This document shows, in pieces, positions 27,901 through 37,221 of a stretch of 64,000 nucleotides of DNA. A model generated the notes under the pieces. It saw only the letters and a list, made by a program, of their open reading frames with translations, ran no database searches and had not been told where the DNA came from. A program made the position numbers and the translations under genes. How positions within the stretch are numbered: position 1 is the first letter of the stretch; every line of letters begins with the position of its first letter. The stretch is taken from positions 124,001 through 188,000 of the IMG/VR virus record IMGVR_UViG_3300017917_001996, one strand, 5' to 3'.

Positions 27901-29449
27901 TGCAACTGGCCCAGTGGGCCCAGTGGGTCAGAGCGGTGCTACAGGTGCCACTGGCCCTATAGGTTTACCTGGTATAGCAGGTATTGATGGTGCTACTGGT
28001 GCTACGGGTATAGCAGGTCCAGTAGGTCCTATTGGTCCAGCTGGTGCAACAGGCTTGATAGGAGCTACAGGTCTACAAGGTGATCTAGGTTACACTGGTA
28101 GTCAAGGTATTCCAGGATCACCAGGTGGCGCAACTGGCCCAATTGGTTTTACAGGTAGTTCGGGCAGTACTGGCCCAATTGGTTTTACAGGTAGTCGAGG
28201 ACTATCTGGATTTGTTGGATCGTCGGGCGATTTTGGAGCAACTGGTTTAACTGGTTATACAGGTAGTCAAGGTTTACCAGGCGCAGCAGCAGATAAAGGT
28301 TTCACTGGTAGTCAAGGTGAAGTAGGTTTTACTGGTAGTTCGGGTATAAACGGGTATACAGGTAGTCAGGGTATACCTGGTGCTTATGCAGCAATTGGTT
28401 ATACTGGTAGCCAAGGAGACCTAGGTTATACTGGAAGTCAGGGTATCCCTGGCGAGTTTGCAGCATTAGGTTATACTGGATCTAAGGGTGACACAGCTAC
28501 TAACTTTACTGGCCCTCAAGATATCGGAGTCATTGGTGGCAATAGTTATACACTAGCGACATTTGATGCTGGTAATTTACTAAAATTAGACAGTACACAA
28601 GAGTTTACCTTAACAATTCCAACAAACGACCAAGAGCCATTTTTAATTGGACAGCGTGTTGATATTCAACAAGCAAACATTGGTTCTATAAACATAGTTA
28701 CAAGTACTGGCGTTACACTGCAATCAGTTGGAATTTCAGGATTAGTTACACGATATTCTGTTGGTACACTGTTTAAGGTTGATTTTAACGAATGGTTGTT
28801 TGTTGGACCAGAATCAACAGGTTACACAGGTAGCCGGGGAGATTTAGGTTACACAGGTAGCCGGGGCGAAAAAGGTGATACAGGGTTAACAGGGTATACA
28901 GGTAGTCAAGGTATACCTGGTGCTTATGCAGCAATTGGTTATACGGGCAGTATAGGTTATACTGGATCCGTTGGTGAACAAGGGCTCAGAGGATATGTAG
29001 GAAGCTCTGCAACTATAGCAGTAGGATTACTTGATTCTAATAACCAACTTGGTAATGTTGTAACACAAATAAACACTATCCAATTTGATCAAGAATCTGG
29101 TTTTAGCGTAACTGATTTAGGTTCAGGTGCAGTAAGAATTTCGGGCGGAGCAGGTGGCACAACTGGCAATGTTTCGTCATTCAGATTCTGGGAAGTCGAT
29201 GGGCAAAATACGCTGGTTGCCAGCGGTTCTGACACTGTTAAATTTGTTGCCGGTAGCGGTATTACTATAGAAACAGATGATTCAACAAACCCAAAAACTA
29301 TAATCTTTTCTGCTCCTAGATTTACTGTTAATTTGGATGCAAATGGTGTTAATAGACCTTACGGGTTAGATGCTTATTATGATGGCGGATATCCGGACAG
29401 CGTTTACGGAGGCATTGTTCCGCTTGATGCAGGCGGTATTGACTTTTGA
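24902..29449 (+). CDS. Very long collagen-like fibre protein
   Basis: About 950 residues of Gly-X-Y repeats flanked by fibre-shaft domains; ends LDAGGIDF. Confidence 0.9.
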   Translation: MTIRYLRQPPVLNNLSKSSNVSSTVLGTPLRITNAAASTSFTTGALIVTGGVGISGNLNVANVRANTVSGTITTANQPNITNIGVQQNFTAVNVTITGNLVLAGNLSTVSSENLSVSDSLLEIHTSGTALTVDDGRDLGLAIHYYKTGDQTAFLVWDNATGSLKYYADGSASVSGVVSGTLGTINAGEFIASNITPSTSTLTGALQVAGGAGIQGNVFAGAVYTNNLYYANGSPYSSSMGATGAQGPIGATGAQGATGAGYTGSRGDTGLTGATGPIGATGFGVPGQAGYTGSQGIPGIAGVQGATGASGIAGPVGGLGATGATGPAGAPGTIGQTGYTGSAGSAGSAGAQGATGASGIAGPAGSTGPTGYTGSRGIAGTAGTAGATGATGPAGLPGAAGIDGATGATGSVGPAGPAGETGATGLPGLPGAAGLDGATGATGIAGPAGPIGETGATGPIGLPGTAGIDGATGATGIAGPVGPAGETGATGPAGLSGAAGLDGATGATGIAGPAGPVGETGATGPIGLPGTAGIDGATGATGIAGPVGPLGSTGATGLTGATGTPGNVGYTGSQGLAGTAGRDGEAGATGPIGLPGAAGRDGSTGATGIAGPVGPAGLTGATGPAGLQGTAGIDGATGATGIAGPVGPAGETGATGPIGLPGAAGIDGATGATGIAGPVGQDGATGATGPAGQIGLSGQDGATGATGIAGPVGPAGETGATGPAGLQGVAGTDGATGATGIAGPVGPAGETGATGPIGLPGTAGRDGATGATGIAGPVGQDGATGATGPAGQIGLPGQDGATGATGIAGPVGPIGETGATGPIGLPGAAGRDGSTGATGIAGPVGQDGATGATGPIGLTGSPGIDGATGATGIAGPVGPIGLTGSTGPQGPAGVNGRDGATGATGIAGPVGQDGATGATGPAGQIGLTGRDGSTGATGVAGPVGPIGETGATGPIGQTGLPGRDGSTGATGPVGPVGQNGATGATGPIGQTGLPGRDGSTGATGPVGPVGQSGATGATGPIGLPGIAGIDGATGATGIAGPVGPIGPAGATGLIGATGLQGDLGYTGSQGIPGSPGGATGPIGFTGSSGSTGPIGFTGSRGLSGFVGSSGDFGATGLTGYTGSQGLPGAAADKGFTGSQGEVGFTGSSGINGYTGSQGIPGAYAAIGYTGSQGDLGYTGSQGIPGEFAALGYTGSKGDTATNFTGPQDIGVIGGNSYTLATFDAGNLLKLDSTQEFTLTIPTNDQEPFLIGQRVDIQQANIGSINIVTSTGVTLQSVGISGLVTRYSVGTLFKVDFNEWLFVGPESTGYTGSRGDLGYTGSRGEKGDTGLTGYTGSQGIPGAYAAIGYTGSIGYTGSVGEQGLRGYVGSSATIAVGLLDSNNQLGNVVTQINTIQFDQESGFSVTDLGSGAVRISGGAGGTTGNVSSFRFWEVDGQNTLVASGSDTVKFVAGSGITIETDDSTNPKTIIFSAPRFTVNLDANGVNRPYGLDAYYDGGYPDSVYGGIVPLDAGGIDF
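25619..28495 (+). repeat. Collagen Gly-X-Y array with 99-nt unit and 198-nt higher-order period
   Basis: Unit [33 protein letters not shown] (33 aa); identical DNA stretches at 26191/26389 and 26281/26479. Confidence 0.9.
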
Positions 29450-29456
29450 ATAAATA
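29449..29456 (+). promoter_or_regulatory. Late promoter box (AATAAATA)
   Basis: Intergenic TAAATA. Confidence 0.6.
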
Positions 29457-29479
29457 GAGTATAAACGGATCGAATCTTT

Positions 29480-29923
29480 ATGGCAGTTCAGATACAATTA
29501 CGGAGAGGCACATCAGCTGAGTGGTCTTCAGTTAACCCTGTTATCGCACAGGGTGAATTTGTCATTGAACTCGACACAGGGCGTTTTAAGTTAGGTAACG
29601 GCGTAGATCGCTGGAATAACTTAAATTATAACGGATTTATAGGACACGGCAGCGACCCAAGTAACTGGAATACTAATGTAAAACTTGGCTTGTACGATGT
29701 AAATAGGCTTAGCTGGAGCGGAACTTTAGGTTCCCCTACTGATGCCGTCCCTAAAGGTTTACTAGCAGTTTATGTTAGTGGAACTAGCATCGTTCAGAGA
29801 TATCAACCTACTAATGATGCATTAGTTACAGTTGAGTATGTTCGTACAAAATTTGGAATTGAAGATTGGAGCCCATGGTCTCAAGCAACCGATGGTGCTA
29901 AAGTTGATGGTGGCACTTTCTGA
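29480..29923 (+). CDS. Short fibre segment with Mtd-N/hyaluronidase-N-like domain
   Basis: IQLRRGT.AEW...NPV.A.GE...E.DTGRFKLGNG...WN.L; ends VDGGTF. Confidence 0.75.
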   Translation: MAVQIQLRRGTSAEWSSVNPVIAQGEFVIELDTGRFKLGNGVDRWNNLNYNGFIGHGSDPSNWNTNVKLGLYDVNRLSWSGTLGSPTDAVPKGLLAVYVSGTSIVQRYQPTNDALVTVEYVRTKFGIEDWSPWSQATDGAKVDGGTF

Positions 29924-29931
29924 CCGTTTTT

Positions 29932-29939
29932 TATAAATA
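29932..29939 (+). promoter_or_regulatory. Consensus late promoter TATAAATA
   Basis: Perfect intergenic match. Confidence 0.75.
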
Positions 29940-29961
29940 TAGAATAAGAGGAAACTAACAA

Positions 29962-31263
29962 ATGGCAAATAAGATTATACTTAAAAGGGCAAATACCACC
30001 GGTAAAATACCATTGGTTACTGATATTGACCTTGGCGAATTGGCTATTAACACCTTCGATGGTAGACTATTCGCCAAGAAAAACGATGGTACAGCCAGCA
30101 TTATTGACTTAAAACAAAACGACCCTATTCGTGTTTTAGGCGACGCAACAAGCGCATATGCTTGGGACCAAAGTACATATACCAGTAACGTCACAATGAC
30201 GTTAAACACCGTTAATGCCAATGTTGGCACATACGGTGGTAAAGCTGGTGGTGTTATTGAAATCCCTATTTTCACCGTTAACGAAAAAGGTTTAGTTACT
30301 AGCGTAACAACAACTACCTATTCTGCATCTGGCGATTTAGGTACAATGGCCAGCCAAAATGCTAATGCTGTCGCTATTACTGGTGGTACAATTGATGGTA
30401 CCGCAATTGGTCAGACAACAAGAGCAGCTGGTAATTTTACAGACATTGACACCACTGGTAACGTAACCATTGGCGGTAAGTTATTCAGTAATGACTTAAC
30501 TGCAACAAGTATTACAGTTGATGGTGACACCGTAATTTCGGGTAACTTAACTGTTCAAGGTGTAACAACAACTGTTAACTCTAACACAGTTAGTGTTGGA
30601 GACCTAAACATCCAATTAGCTAAAGATGCGCTAAACGCAGCTCAAGCAAACGGCGGCGGTATTACCGTTGTTGGGCCAGCGACACCGGCTACGATTACAT
30701 ATGCTAGCCTAGATGATAGCTGGAACCTTAACAAAGCGTTAAACGGTGTTTCTGCAGACTTCACAGGTAACGTAGGTGCTGATTTTGGTGATTTCAGTAG
30801 CAACGTTTCTGTCGGCGATAGCTTATCTGTTGCTAATTCGGCTACAATTGGTAATTTAACAATTACAGGAACAACCAGCTTAGGTTCTATTACTACCAGC
30901 GGTGTATCAGCAGGAAGAATAGTTTATGGTGGCACAGGCGGTGTTTTAACTTCTGAATCTGCCCTAACTTATAATGCTACTAGCAATACACTGACGTTGA
31001 CCAACTTAGTTGGTACAACAGCTAATTTATCTAACACTCTAGATGTTTCTGGTGTTACTACACTAAAGAGTACTGTAAACCTTACAGACATTAGCACATA
31101 TACTGTGGCTAATTATACAACTGGTGCATTCACCGTTGCCGGTGATGCAAGTTTTGCCAAGAGTATTCAGGTTCAAACTGATATCCGTGCAGCAGGTACA
31201 ATTTATAAAGCTGGTTTAGAAGTTCTAAATACCGGAGATACAATCGACGGCGGATCTTATTAA
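29962..31263 (+). CDS. Tail fibre segment with T4 gp37-like N-terminus
   Basis: I.LKR....G..P.....GELAIN..D..LF.K resembles the T4 gp37 N-terminus; ends IDGGSY. Confidence 0.75.
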   Translation: MANKIILKRANTTGKIPLVTDIDLGELAINTFDGRLFAKKNDGTASIIDLKQNDPIRVLGDATSAYAWDQSTYTSNVTMTLNTVNANVGTYGGKAGGVIEIPIFTVNEKGLVTSVTTTTYSASGDLGTMASQNANAVAITGGTIDGTAIGQTTRAAGNFTDIDTTGNVTIGGKLFSNDLTATSITVDGDTVISGNLTVQGVTTTVNSNTVSVGDLNIQLAKDALNAAQANGGGITVVGPATPATITYASLDDSWNLNKALNGVSADFTGNVGADFGDFSSNVSVGDSLSVANSATIGNLTITGTTSLGSITTSGVSAGRIVYGGTGGVLTSESALTYNATSNTLTLTNLVGTTANLSNTLDVSGVTTLKSTVNLTDISTYTVANYTTGAFTVAGDASFAKSIQVQTDIRAAGTIYKAGLEVLNTGDTIDGGSY

Positions 31264-31265
31264 AG

Positions 31266-31273
31266 ACTAAATA
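31266..31273 (+). promoter_or_regulatory. Late promoter box (ACTAAATA)
   Basis: Intergenic TAAATA. Confidence 0.55.
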
Positions 31274-31302
31274 AGTGTATTGAAGTTTTAATACGCACAA
31301 GT

Positions 31303-31337
31303 AATTGGGAGACTTCAATAGTCTCCCAATTTTATTT
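31303..31337 (+). terminator. Perfect 12-bp hairpin, terminator- or attenuator-like
   Basis: AATTGGGAGACT-TCAAT-AGTCTCCCAATT followed by TTATTT. Confidence 0.65.
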
Positions 31338-31375
31338 GTACGTTAGCTTTCTAGCTTTTAGGACAGACCATAACT

Positions 31376-32941
31376 ATGGCAAACATAATCAAATTAAAAC
31401 GATCTAGTGTTCCAGGAAAAATTCCGGATCCAAATGATTTAAGCGTTGGCGAAATTGCTATTAACACCGCCGACGGGGTTTTATACACAAAACATAGCGA
31501 TAACACAATTAAGTCGATTGGCAACGTTCAGTCGTTTATTAGCAATGTAACATTAGACACAGTTACACTTGCAGGAAATTTTAGCAATCAAGCAATTGAT
31601 ATTAAAGATACTACTATTAGTGCCAATGTATTAACTGGTGCACTAACAGTAGCAGGCGGTGTTGGTGTGCAAGGAAATATCAATGCTGGTAATGTTAATA
31701 CCACTCATATCGGTGCTAGCTCCATTTTAGCTAGCACTGTTTATACCAATAGTTTATTGTTTAGTAATGGTGCTCCTTACATTGCACCAGTTACTGGTAG
31801 CTCAAACATTCTTCACGTTGCAAAAAACGGCAGTGATACCAACGATGGCTCAATTAACAAGCCATTCCTTACTATTAAAGCAGCACTAGCAGCAGCTACA
31901 ACAGGACAAGCAGTTAATGTTGCTCCTGGTACGTATATTGAAGATAATCCTGTAACTATTCCAGCAGGTGTAAGTCTTAAAGGCGATGACCTACGCACGG
32001 TATTTGTTAAACCACTAAATCCTAGCAGCGATTTATTTTATGTTAAAAATGCCAGTTATGTTTGGGGATTAACAATCATTGATTATTTGGCCAACGGATT
32101 TGCATTTGATCCATCGACTCCGACGCAAAACATCTACGTAAGTCCTTATATTCAAAACGTTACCAGCAGTACTACAACAGGCACCTGTGTTAAGATTGAC
32201 GGTAGCTTGAATAGTTCTGTTAGTACCAAGGCAATGATCCTAGGGTTTTTAACAATAATCAATCGTGGCGGCAAAGGTGTACACCTTATAAACAAAGCAT
32301 ACAGTCAAGCAGTTAACGTATACACTATTGCGGCTGATGTGGGTGTGTTAGCCGAAAGCGGATCGTTTATTACACTCAACGGTAGCGACAACGGAATTGG
32401 TAATTATGGTCTAAAAGCCGACGGTAAAGGTCCTGAAGAGTTATCTGGTCAAACCTACGGAACAAGTATTCAAGGGATATTCCAAATTAGAAATCTAGCA
32501 GGTCAACCAAAAGTTAATCAGGTCATGACCATTGATGGCGATTCCAATTATTACAGTATTGATACTGTTTCTCAAGTTGATGGGTTAACTTGGCAAGTAA
32601 GCATACAAGAGGTTTATACTGATACTCTAGCTGCTAATACCACTGTTCGTTTTTACCAGCGCAGTGCTATTATTGCCAGCGCACATACTTTTGAGTATGT
32701 AGGTGCCGGTACCAATCCTGCTACAGCATTACCTCAATATGGTGGTATTCCAGTTGAAGCTAATGAAGTTGTACAGGTCAATGGCGGTAAAGTGACATTC
32801 ACTTCAACTGACCACAAAGGAAATTTTAAAATTGGTGCAAATTTAGTCATCAATCAAACCACAGGAATTATTAACGGCGATAGTTTTAACAGAAGTATGT
32901 TTGCCTTAATGACTCCATATATTCTAGCATTGGAAGGTTAA
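31376..32941 (+). CDS. Tail fibre protein: gp37-like N-terminus plus pectin-lyase-like beta-helix
   Basis: IKLKRS..PG..P...L..GEIAIN..DG; HVAKNGSD.NDG....PFLTIK.A, V.PGTY.E and GDDLR; ends YILALEG. Confidence 0.75.
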   Translation: MANIIKLKRSSVPGKIPDPNDLSVGEIAINTADGVLYTKHSDNTIKSIGNVQSFISNVTLDTVTLAGNFSNQAIDIKDTTISANVLTGALTVAGGVGVQGNINAGNVNTTHIGASSILASTVYTNSLLFSNGAPYIAPVTGSSNILHVAKNGSDTNDGSINKPFLTIKAALAAATTGQAVNVAPGTYIEDNPVTIPAGVSLKGDDLRTVFVKPLNPSSDLFYVKNASYVWGLTIIDYLANGFAFDPSTPTQNIYVSPYIQNVTSSTTTGTCVKIDGSLNSSVSTKAMILGFLTIINRGGKGVHLINKAYSQAVNVYTIAADVGVLAESGSFITLNGSDNGIGNYGLKADGKGPEELSGQTYGTSIQGIFQIRNLAGQPKVNQVMTIDGDSNYYSIDTVSQVDGLTWQVSIQEVYTDTLAANTTVRFYQRSAIIASAHTFEYVGAGTNPATALPQYGGIPVEANEVVQVNGGKVTFTSTDHKGNFKIGANLVINQTTGIINGDSFNRSMFALMTPYILALEG

Positions 32942-32947
32942 ACCAAA

Positions 32948-33280
32948 ATGGCAGTCGCAATTAATATTTTTAAAACAGTTACAGCAAACGTAACCACAGT
33001 TGGAACTACAATTTATACTGCACCTGCAGGTTATACTTCTGTTGTCTTGCTAGCACAGGTTAGTAACATTGGTGGTAGTACTATTACAGTTGAAGCCAAC
33101 CATCTAAGAAATGGAAACCAGACTAGTATTATTAAAGGAATTTCGTTACCCACAGCTGACTCTCTTAGCTTGGTACAAGGAAAGATGATCCTGGAAACAG
33201 GCGATGGATTTGAAATTTCTGCTAGTGCAAATGCCGCAGCTCAAATTGTATTAAGCCTATTAGAAACTGCAAACCCATAA
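32948..33280 (+). CDS. ~110-aa fibre adaptor-family protein
   Basis: KMILETGD motif; paralog family of 24538. Confidence 0.7.
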   Translation: MAVAINIFKTVTANVTTVGTTIYTAPAGYTSVVLLAQVSNIGGSTITVEANHLRNGNQTSIIKGISLPTADSLSLVQGKMILETGDGFEISASANAAAQIVLSLLETANP

Positions 33281-33281
33281 T

Positions 33282-34673
33282 ATGAAACAGATAAGCAAAT
33301 TATCCAGCGGACGGGTACCAGTTAAAGGCCCGTTAGAGGTCGGTTCAGAAAGATATGAATTTCTGGACTTGGCCAGTGCTGAACCAAATTTGGGTACAGC
33401 AGCCAACGGTTCAGTTTTAACAACTAATACGTCAGGGCAAAGAACTTGGACAAAAAACTTGTCTGTGGACAATGTCACTGTATCAACTAATGTAGTTGCC
33501 GATCGTGTTTATACAGACAGTTTGTTATTTGCTAACGGCGATCCTTATATCTCGGAAAGTACTCAAACTAACATATACAACGGTAATATTACAGTAGGAA
33601 CTACGGTTACTCTTGTTGACACGGTACCAGTTACTGGAACTAGTAGCGTTAGATGGTCTATTACAGCAAAAGATACGGTTAATGGAACACTACGATCTTC
33701 CACTATCGATAGTGTTAATGACGGTTCTAACACTTACTATAATGAATATGGTGTAGTACTCAGCAACAATGACTACGAAGTTGCAGTCTTTACCAGCAAC
33801 ATATCAGCTGGTAGTGTTAATTTATATGCCTTGGGCGAAAGCTCGGATGTAGTGGTAACATACCAGCGTGTGACCTTAGGAGATAATACTATTCCTGGTT
33901 ATATCGCCGGTGCTGGATATATTCAAAATGTAGTAGGTTCAGGAACAGCAACTACTTGTGTAGTTGACTCATTTGTTGGCACAGGATCACAAACTAATTA
34001 TACTTTAAGCGCAACACCCACTGACGAAGATCAAGTAATTGCAGTGGTTGCTGGTATTGTACAACCTAAATCTGCGTACACAGTAGCCGGACCAGTATTG
34101 ACTTTTAGTGCAGCACCTGACGTAAATGTACCAGTTGAATTTACAACATTTGTTACAACTACGGTAACCGGCTATACAGGGTCAGCGGGTGCCCAAGGTC
34201 CGATTGGTTATACAGGTAGTGCAGCCAGTGGTGTCATTGGTTATTCTGGCAGTGCCGGCGGCGGCGCAATTGACGGCAGCTTATATGTCAGTGATGTTCT
34301 TACAGTAAATAACACAATACTTCCAACTACTAGCAATGTTATTGACATTGGTAGTCCGACTATGCGCTTTGGTGCATTGTATTTGGCAGGTAATACCATT
34401 GACCTTGGCGGCACACAGATTACCACCAGCCAGACCGGCGAATTAGTATTTTCTACACAAGCTGGAAATGTTAGCTTGTCGGCAAACACGATTAGCTTTT
34501 TGAGTAGTGTAGCAGAAACTGCACAAACACAAGGGGATCTTACAGTTACCGGTAATATTACAGCTGGCGCATACTTTTATTCAAACGGTCAGCCGTTGTC
34601 ATCAGGCGGCAGTGGTAGCGGTGGCGGAAGTTCTCAAGCAACTACTATAATATTAGGAATGATATTTAATTAA
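33282..34673 (+). CDS. Mosaic fibre stalk protein
   Basis: Short GYTGS collagen stretch and F.G.GSQT..TL domain; ends IILGMIFN. Confidence 0.7.
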   Translation: MKQISKLSSGRVPVKGPLEVGSERYEFLDLASAEPNLGTAANGSVLTTNTSGQRTWTKNLSVDNVTVSTNVVADRVYTDSLLFANGDPYISESTQTNIYNGNITVGTTVTLVDTVPVTGTSSVRWSITAKDTVNGTLRSSTIDSVNDGSNTYYNEYGVVLSNNDYEVAVFTSNISAGSVNLYALGESSDVVVTYQRVTLGDNTIPGYIAGAGYIQNVVGSGTATTCVVDSFVGTGSQTNYTLSATPTDEDQVIAVVAGIVQPKSAYTVAGPVLTFSAAPDVNVPVEFTTFVTTTVTGYTGSAGAQGPIGYTGSAASGVIGYSGSAGGGAIDGSLYVSDVLTVNNTILPTTSNVIDIGSPTMRFGALYLAGNTIDLGGTQITTSQTGELVFSTQAGNVSLSANTISFLSSVAETAQTQGDLTVTGNITAGAYFYSNGQPLSSGGSGSGGGSSQATTIILGMIFN

Positions 34674-34682
34674 GGAATAACT

Positions 34683-35039
34683 ATGGCTAATCCAAATTTG
34701 GGAACAGCAACATCAATTATAGGCGATACAACAACTGCCGCCCTTACAACTACAGTAACAACAGCATTACTATCGGGTGTGTCCAATAAACTATTAAAGG
34801 TTAATAGCATAATTATTGCTAACGTAAACGGAACTAACGCTGCTAGTTGTACATTTAGTTTTTACGATGGTACCAACGATAGATATTTTGCCTATCAGAT
34901 TACAGTACCGGCAGGAAGTACGGTTGTGCTAATAGATAAGAATTCAGGTTTTTACGTCAAAGAAGGTTGTGAAATACGTGGTGGCGCAAGTTTAAATTCG
35001 TACCTTACAGCTTTAATTAGCTATGAAACACTAAGCTAA
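34683..35039 (+). CDS. ~120-aa fibre adaptor-family protein
   Basis: MANPNL / LKVNSI..AN / VPAGST...IDK / ISYE.LS. Confidence 0.7.
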   Translation: MANPNLGTATSIIGDTTTAALTTTVTTALLSGVSNKLLKVNSIIIANVNGTNAASCTFSFYDGTNDRYFAYQITVPAGSTVVLIDKNSGFYVKEGCEIRGGASLNSYLTALISYETLS

Positions 35040-35048
35040 GGAATAGAG

Positions 35049-36203
35049 ATGCCTAGGATAAATGGCGGAATAATTGGTAATTCAAATAAACCTCAGTACT
35101 GGCAAACTGGTGGTGTCTGGACTCCGGCTGATGTAGACGTAGCCAGACGAACCGGCCAATGGCCTTTAGCTATTTCTAATATTTCTCTGGCAATCGGACA
35201 TTCTAGCAGTCCTTATGTATCAGCTTATCCGTGGTACCCGTCAATTGGATTTGGGACAAAATATAGTAACCCAGTGGCGTTGCCGGCTGGTATTGCGTAT
35301 GGACTTTCATTTAGTCCGTCTGGCGAGGATGTAGCAGTACCACATGCTACTACTCCTTTTATATCAGTTTATAAATGGTCGAGTAACGGTTTTGGGACTA
35401 AGTACAGCGATCCTGGAACATTACCGGCTAACACAGGATACTCTGCATCGTTTAACTCAATTGGATCCGAAGTAATTATAGCAAATGCAGGAGTACCACA
35501 GGTAACAGCGTATCCGTGGTCACGCAATGTCGGCTTTGGTACAAAATATAATAATCCAGCAACAACACCTTTTGCTGCTGGTAACGGCTTAATGGCACGG
35601 TTTAGTAAAGACGATGATGCTGCATTTGTATCGGGTACTTACACTCCTACTATTGTGGCATATTCTTGGACACGCGGTGTTGGCTTTGGCACAAAATATA
35701 CAGACCCGTCGATTAGTAACTCAGGTGTTGAAGATTTTGCAGTTAATCCAGTTAACAATGATCTAGTATTTCCACTTAATGGTTCTGGTTATGTTTCGGC
35801 ATGGCCCTGGTCAACTCTTGGCGGGTTTGGTTCAAGATATACGGCACCTGCGGTTTATCCTGGTGGAAGTGGTAGTTCGTGTTATTCGGCAGCATTTACT
35901 CCTAGCGGTCTTGATGTAGCCATTGGCGCTAGTTTTAGTCCTCAAATTCATGCATATACGTGGAATATAGGAGCAGGTTGGGGATCAAAATATTCAAATC
36001 CTTCTACAGCGCCTGCAGGCAACGGAATTTCAGTGTCGTTTAGTCCGACTGGCAAGGATCTGGCTGTAGCGCATCCAACGACTCCTTTTGTATCGTCATA
36101 TCCGTGGACTTCGGGATCAGGATTCGGTACAAAATATGCAAATCCAAATAGTTTGCCGACCGGAAGCGGTAACGGTATTGCATTCACAGCTATAGCAGCT
36201 TAA
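35049..36203 (+). CDS. Seven-bladed beta-propeller, receptor-binding candidate
   Basis: Seven ~47-aa repeats P.V.AYPW....GFGTKY.NP...SF.P.G. Confidence 0.75.
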   Translation: MPRINGGIIGNSNKPQYWQTGGVWTPADVDVARRTGQWPLAISNISLAIGHSSSPYVSAYPWYPSIGFGTKYSNPVALPAGIAYGLSFSPSGEDVAVPHATTPFISVYKWSSNGFGTKYSDPGTLPANTGYSASFNSIGSEVIIANAGVPQVTAYPWSRNVGFGTKYNNPATTPFAAGNGLMARFSKDDDAAFVSGTYTPTIVAYSWTRGVGFGTKYTDPSISNSGVEDFAVNPVNNDLVFPLNGSGYVSAWPWSTLGGFGSRYTAPAVYPGGSGSSCYSAAFTPSGLDVAIGASFSPQIHAYTWNIGAGWGSKYSNPSTAPAGNGISVSFSPTGKDLAVAHPTTPFVSSYPWTSGSGFGTKYANPNSLPTGSGNGIAFTAIAA

Positions 36204-36223
36204 ATTTACAAAGGAAAACCAAA

Positions 36224-36598
36224 ATGGAATTTTATACAATAAGTCAACAAAAACATTACGAAACAGTAGCAGAAGCTATTGTGGGACGTGAGCAAGAGAT
36301 CTATCATTATGATCTCAATATTACCAACTACGAAGCAATGCTTGCAGCATTACCCGCAGACGACTGGCCAGAAAACCTAGCACAGTATCAAAGATCCACA
36401 TTAGATCAGGTTCCTGATGAGCACGATCAAACAGTTAGCGATTATCAGTACCGCGACCGTCTTCGTTTATTGTTAAAAACAGAACGCCTAGAGCGCAGCA
36501 AGAGCTACAGAGTTTATCAAGCTCTACTAGCACAGCTACCAGCAGATCAACGCGACACTTTGATAGCCGAAGCACACGCTAGAATGCAAACGCTTTAA
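36224..36598 (+). CDS. Small helical protein, possible fibre-tip chaperone
   Basis: 124 aa with SD AAGGA, directly after the propeller gene. Function inferred from position only. Confidence 0.5.
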   Translation: MEFYTISQQKHYETVAEAIVGREQEIYHYDLNITNYEAMLAALPADDWPENLAQYQRSTLDQVPDEHDQTVSDYQYRDRLRLLLKTERLERSKSYRVYQALLAQLPADQRDTLIAEAHARMQTL

Positions 36599-36614
36599 TT
36601 ACTAGACTATCGCC

Positions 36615-36622
36615 GGTAAATA
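36615..36622 (+). promoter_or_regulatory. Late promoter box (GGTAAATA)
   Basis: Intergenic TAAATA. Confidence 0.6.
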
Positions 36623-36639
36623 TGTAAAAAGGTTTTTGA

Positions 36640-36892
36640 ATGGCTATTTTAAAAGTTGAACCAAGTGCAATTAACACAGAAGCAGAATTCTCTTTTGCTA
36701 ACATTTCTGTTACTGGAAACATTTCTGTTGGTACATCAGTAATCTCAGCCACTGAAATCGGCGACATAGTCTTTAGTACTCCTACTGGTCCAGTTGAATT
36801 TAATTCAAATACAGTTAATTTTTTAAGTAATATTGCCATTGAAGGTCCGCAAGGGGCCATTGGATATACAGGCAGTGCTGGTGCAAATGGCA
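36640..36892 (+). repeat. Dispersed repeat copy 1 (copy 2 at 40986-41238)
   Basis: TATTTTAAAAGTTGAACCAAGTGCAAT.AACACAGAAGCAGAATTCTCTTTTGCTAACAT is shared and the two proteins are colinear. Confidence 0.85.
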
Positions 36893-37221
36893 GCATAGGC
36901 TATACCGGAAGCCAAGGTGTTATTGGATATACTGGTAGCGCAGGTACGACCGGAGGAGCAACAATATATTCAGCTTCGGTACCCAGTGGTTCATGGACCG
37001 GATCTGGACCTTATACACAAATAGTAAGTATTGTTGGGTTAACATCTGCAACTAACGTAATTCTTGATCTAGATTTATCTGCGGTATCTTTTGGTAATGT
37101 TTCTTCAGTTCAAACAAGTTATGCTCTTGTTTACCGTGCGGTCACAGGAACTGATCAAATAACACTATATGCAACTAGTGTTCCTGCAAATTCTTTTAAT
37201 ATTTTTGTGGCGGTAATTTAA
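36640..37221 (+). CDS. Short fibre anchor/stalk protein
   Basis: N-terminal ~84 aa duplicated in 40986; GYTGS repeats; C-terminal W.GSGPYTQ domain; TAATG-coupled to the next gene. Confidence 0.7.
   Translation: MAILKVEPSAINTEAEFSFANISVTGNISVGTSVISATEIGDIVFSTPTGPVEFNSNTVNFLSNIAIEGPQGAIGYTGSAGANGSIGYTGSQGVIGYTGSAGTTGGATIYSASVPSGSWTGSGPYTQIVSIVGLTSATNVILDLDLSAVSFGNVSSVQTSYALVYRAVTGTDQITLYATSVPANSFNIFVAVI

Noticed and set aside
29480-29923. Diversity-generating retroelement suggested by the Mtd-N-like domain
   Set aside because: No reverse transcriptase in the window and no repeat pair differing only at adenines; the duplicated segments I compared differ mostly at synonymous positions.
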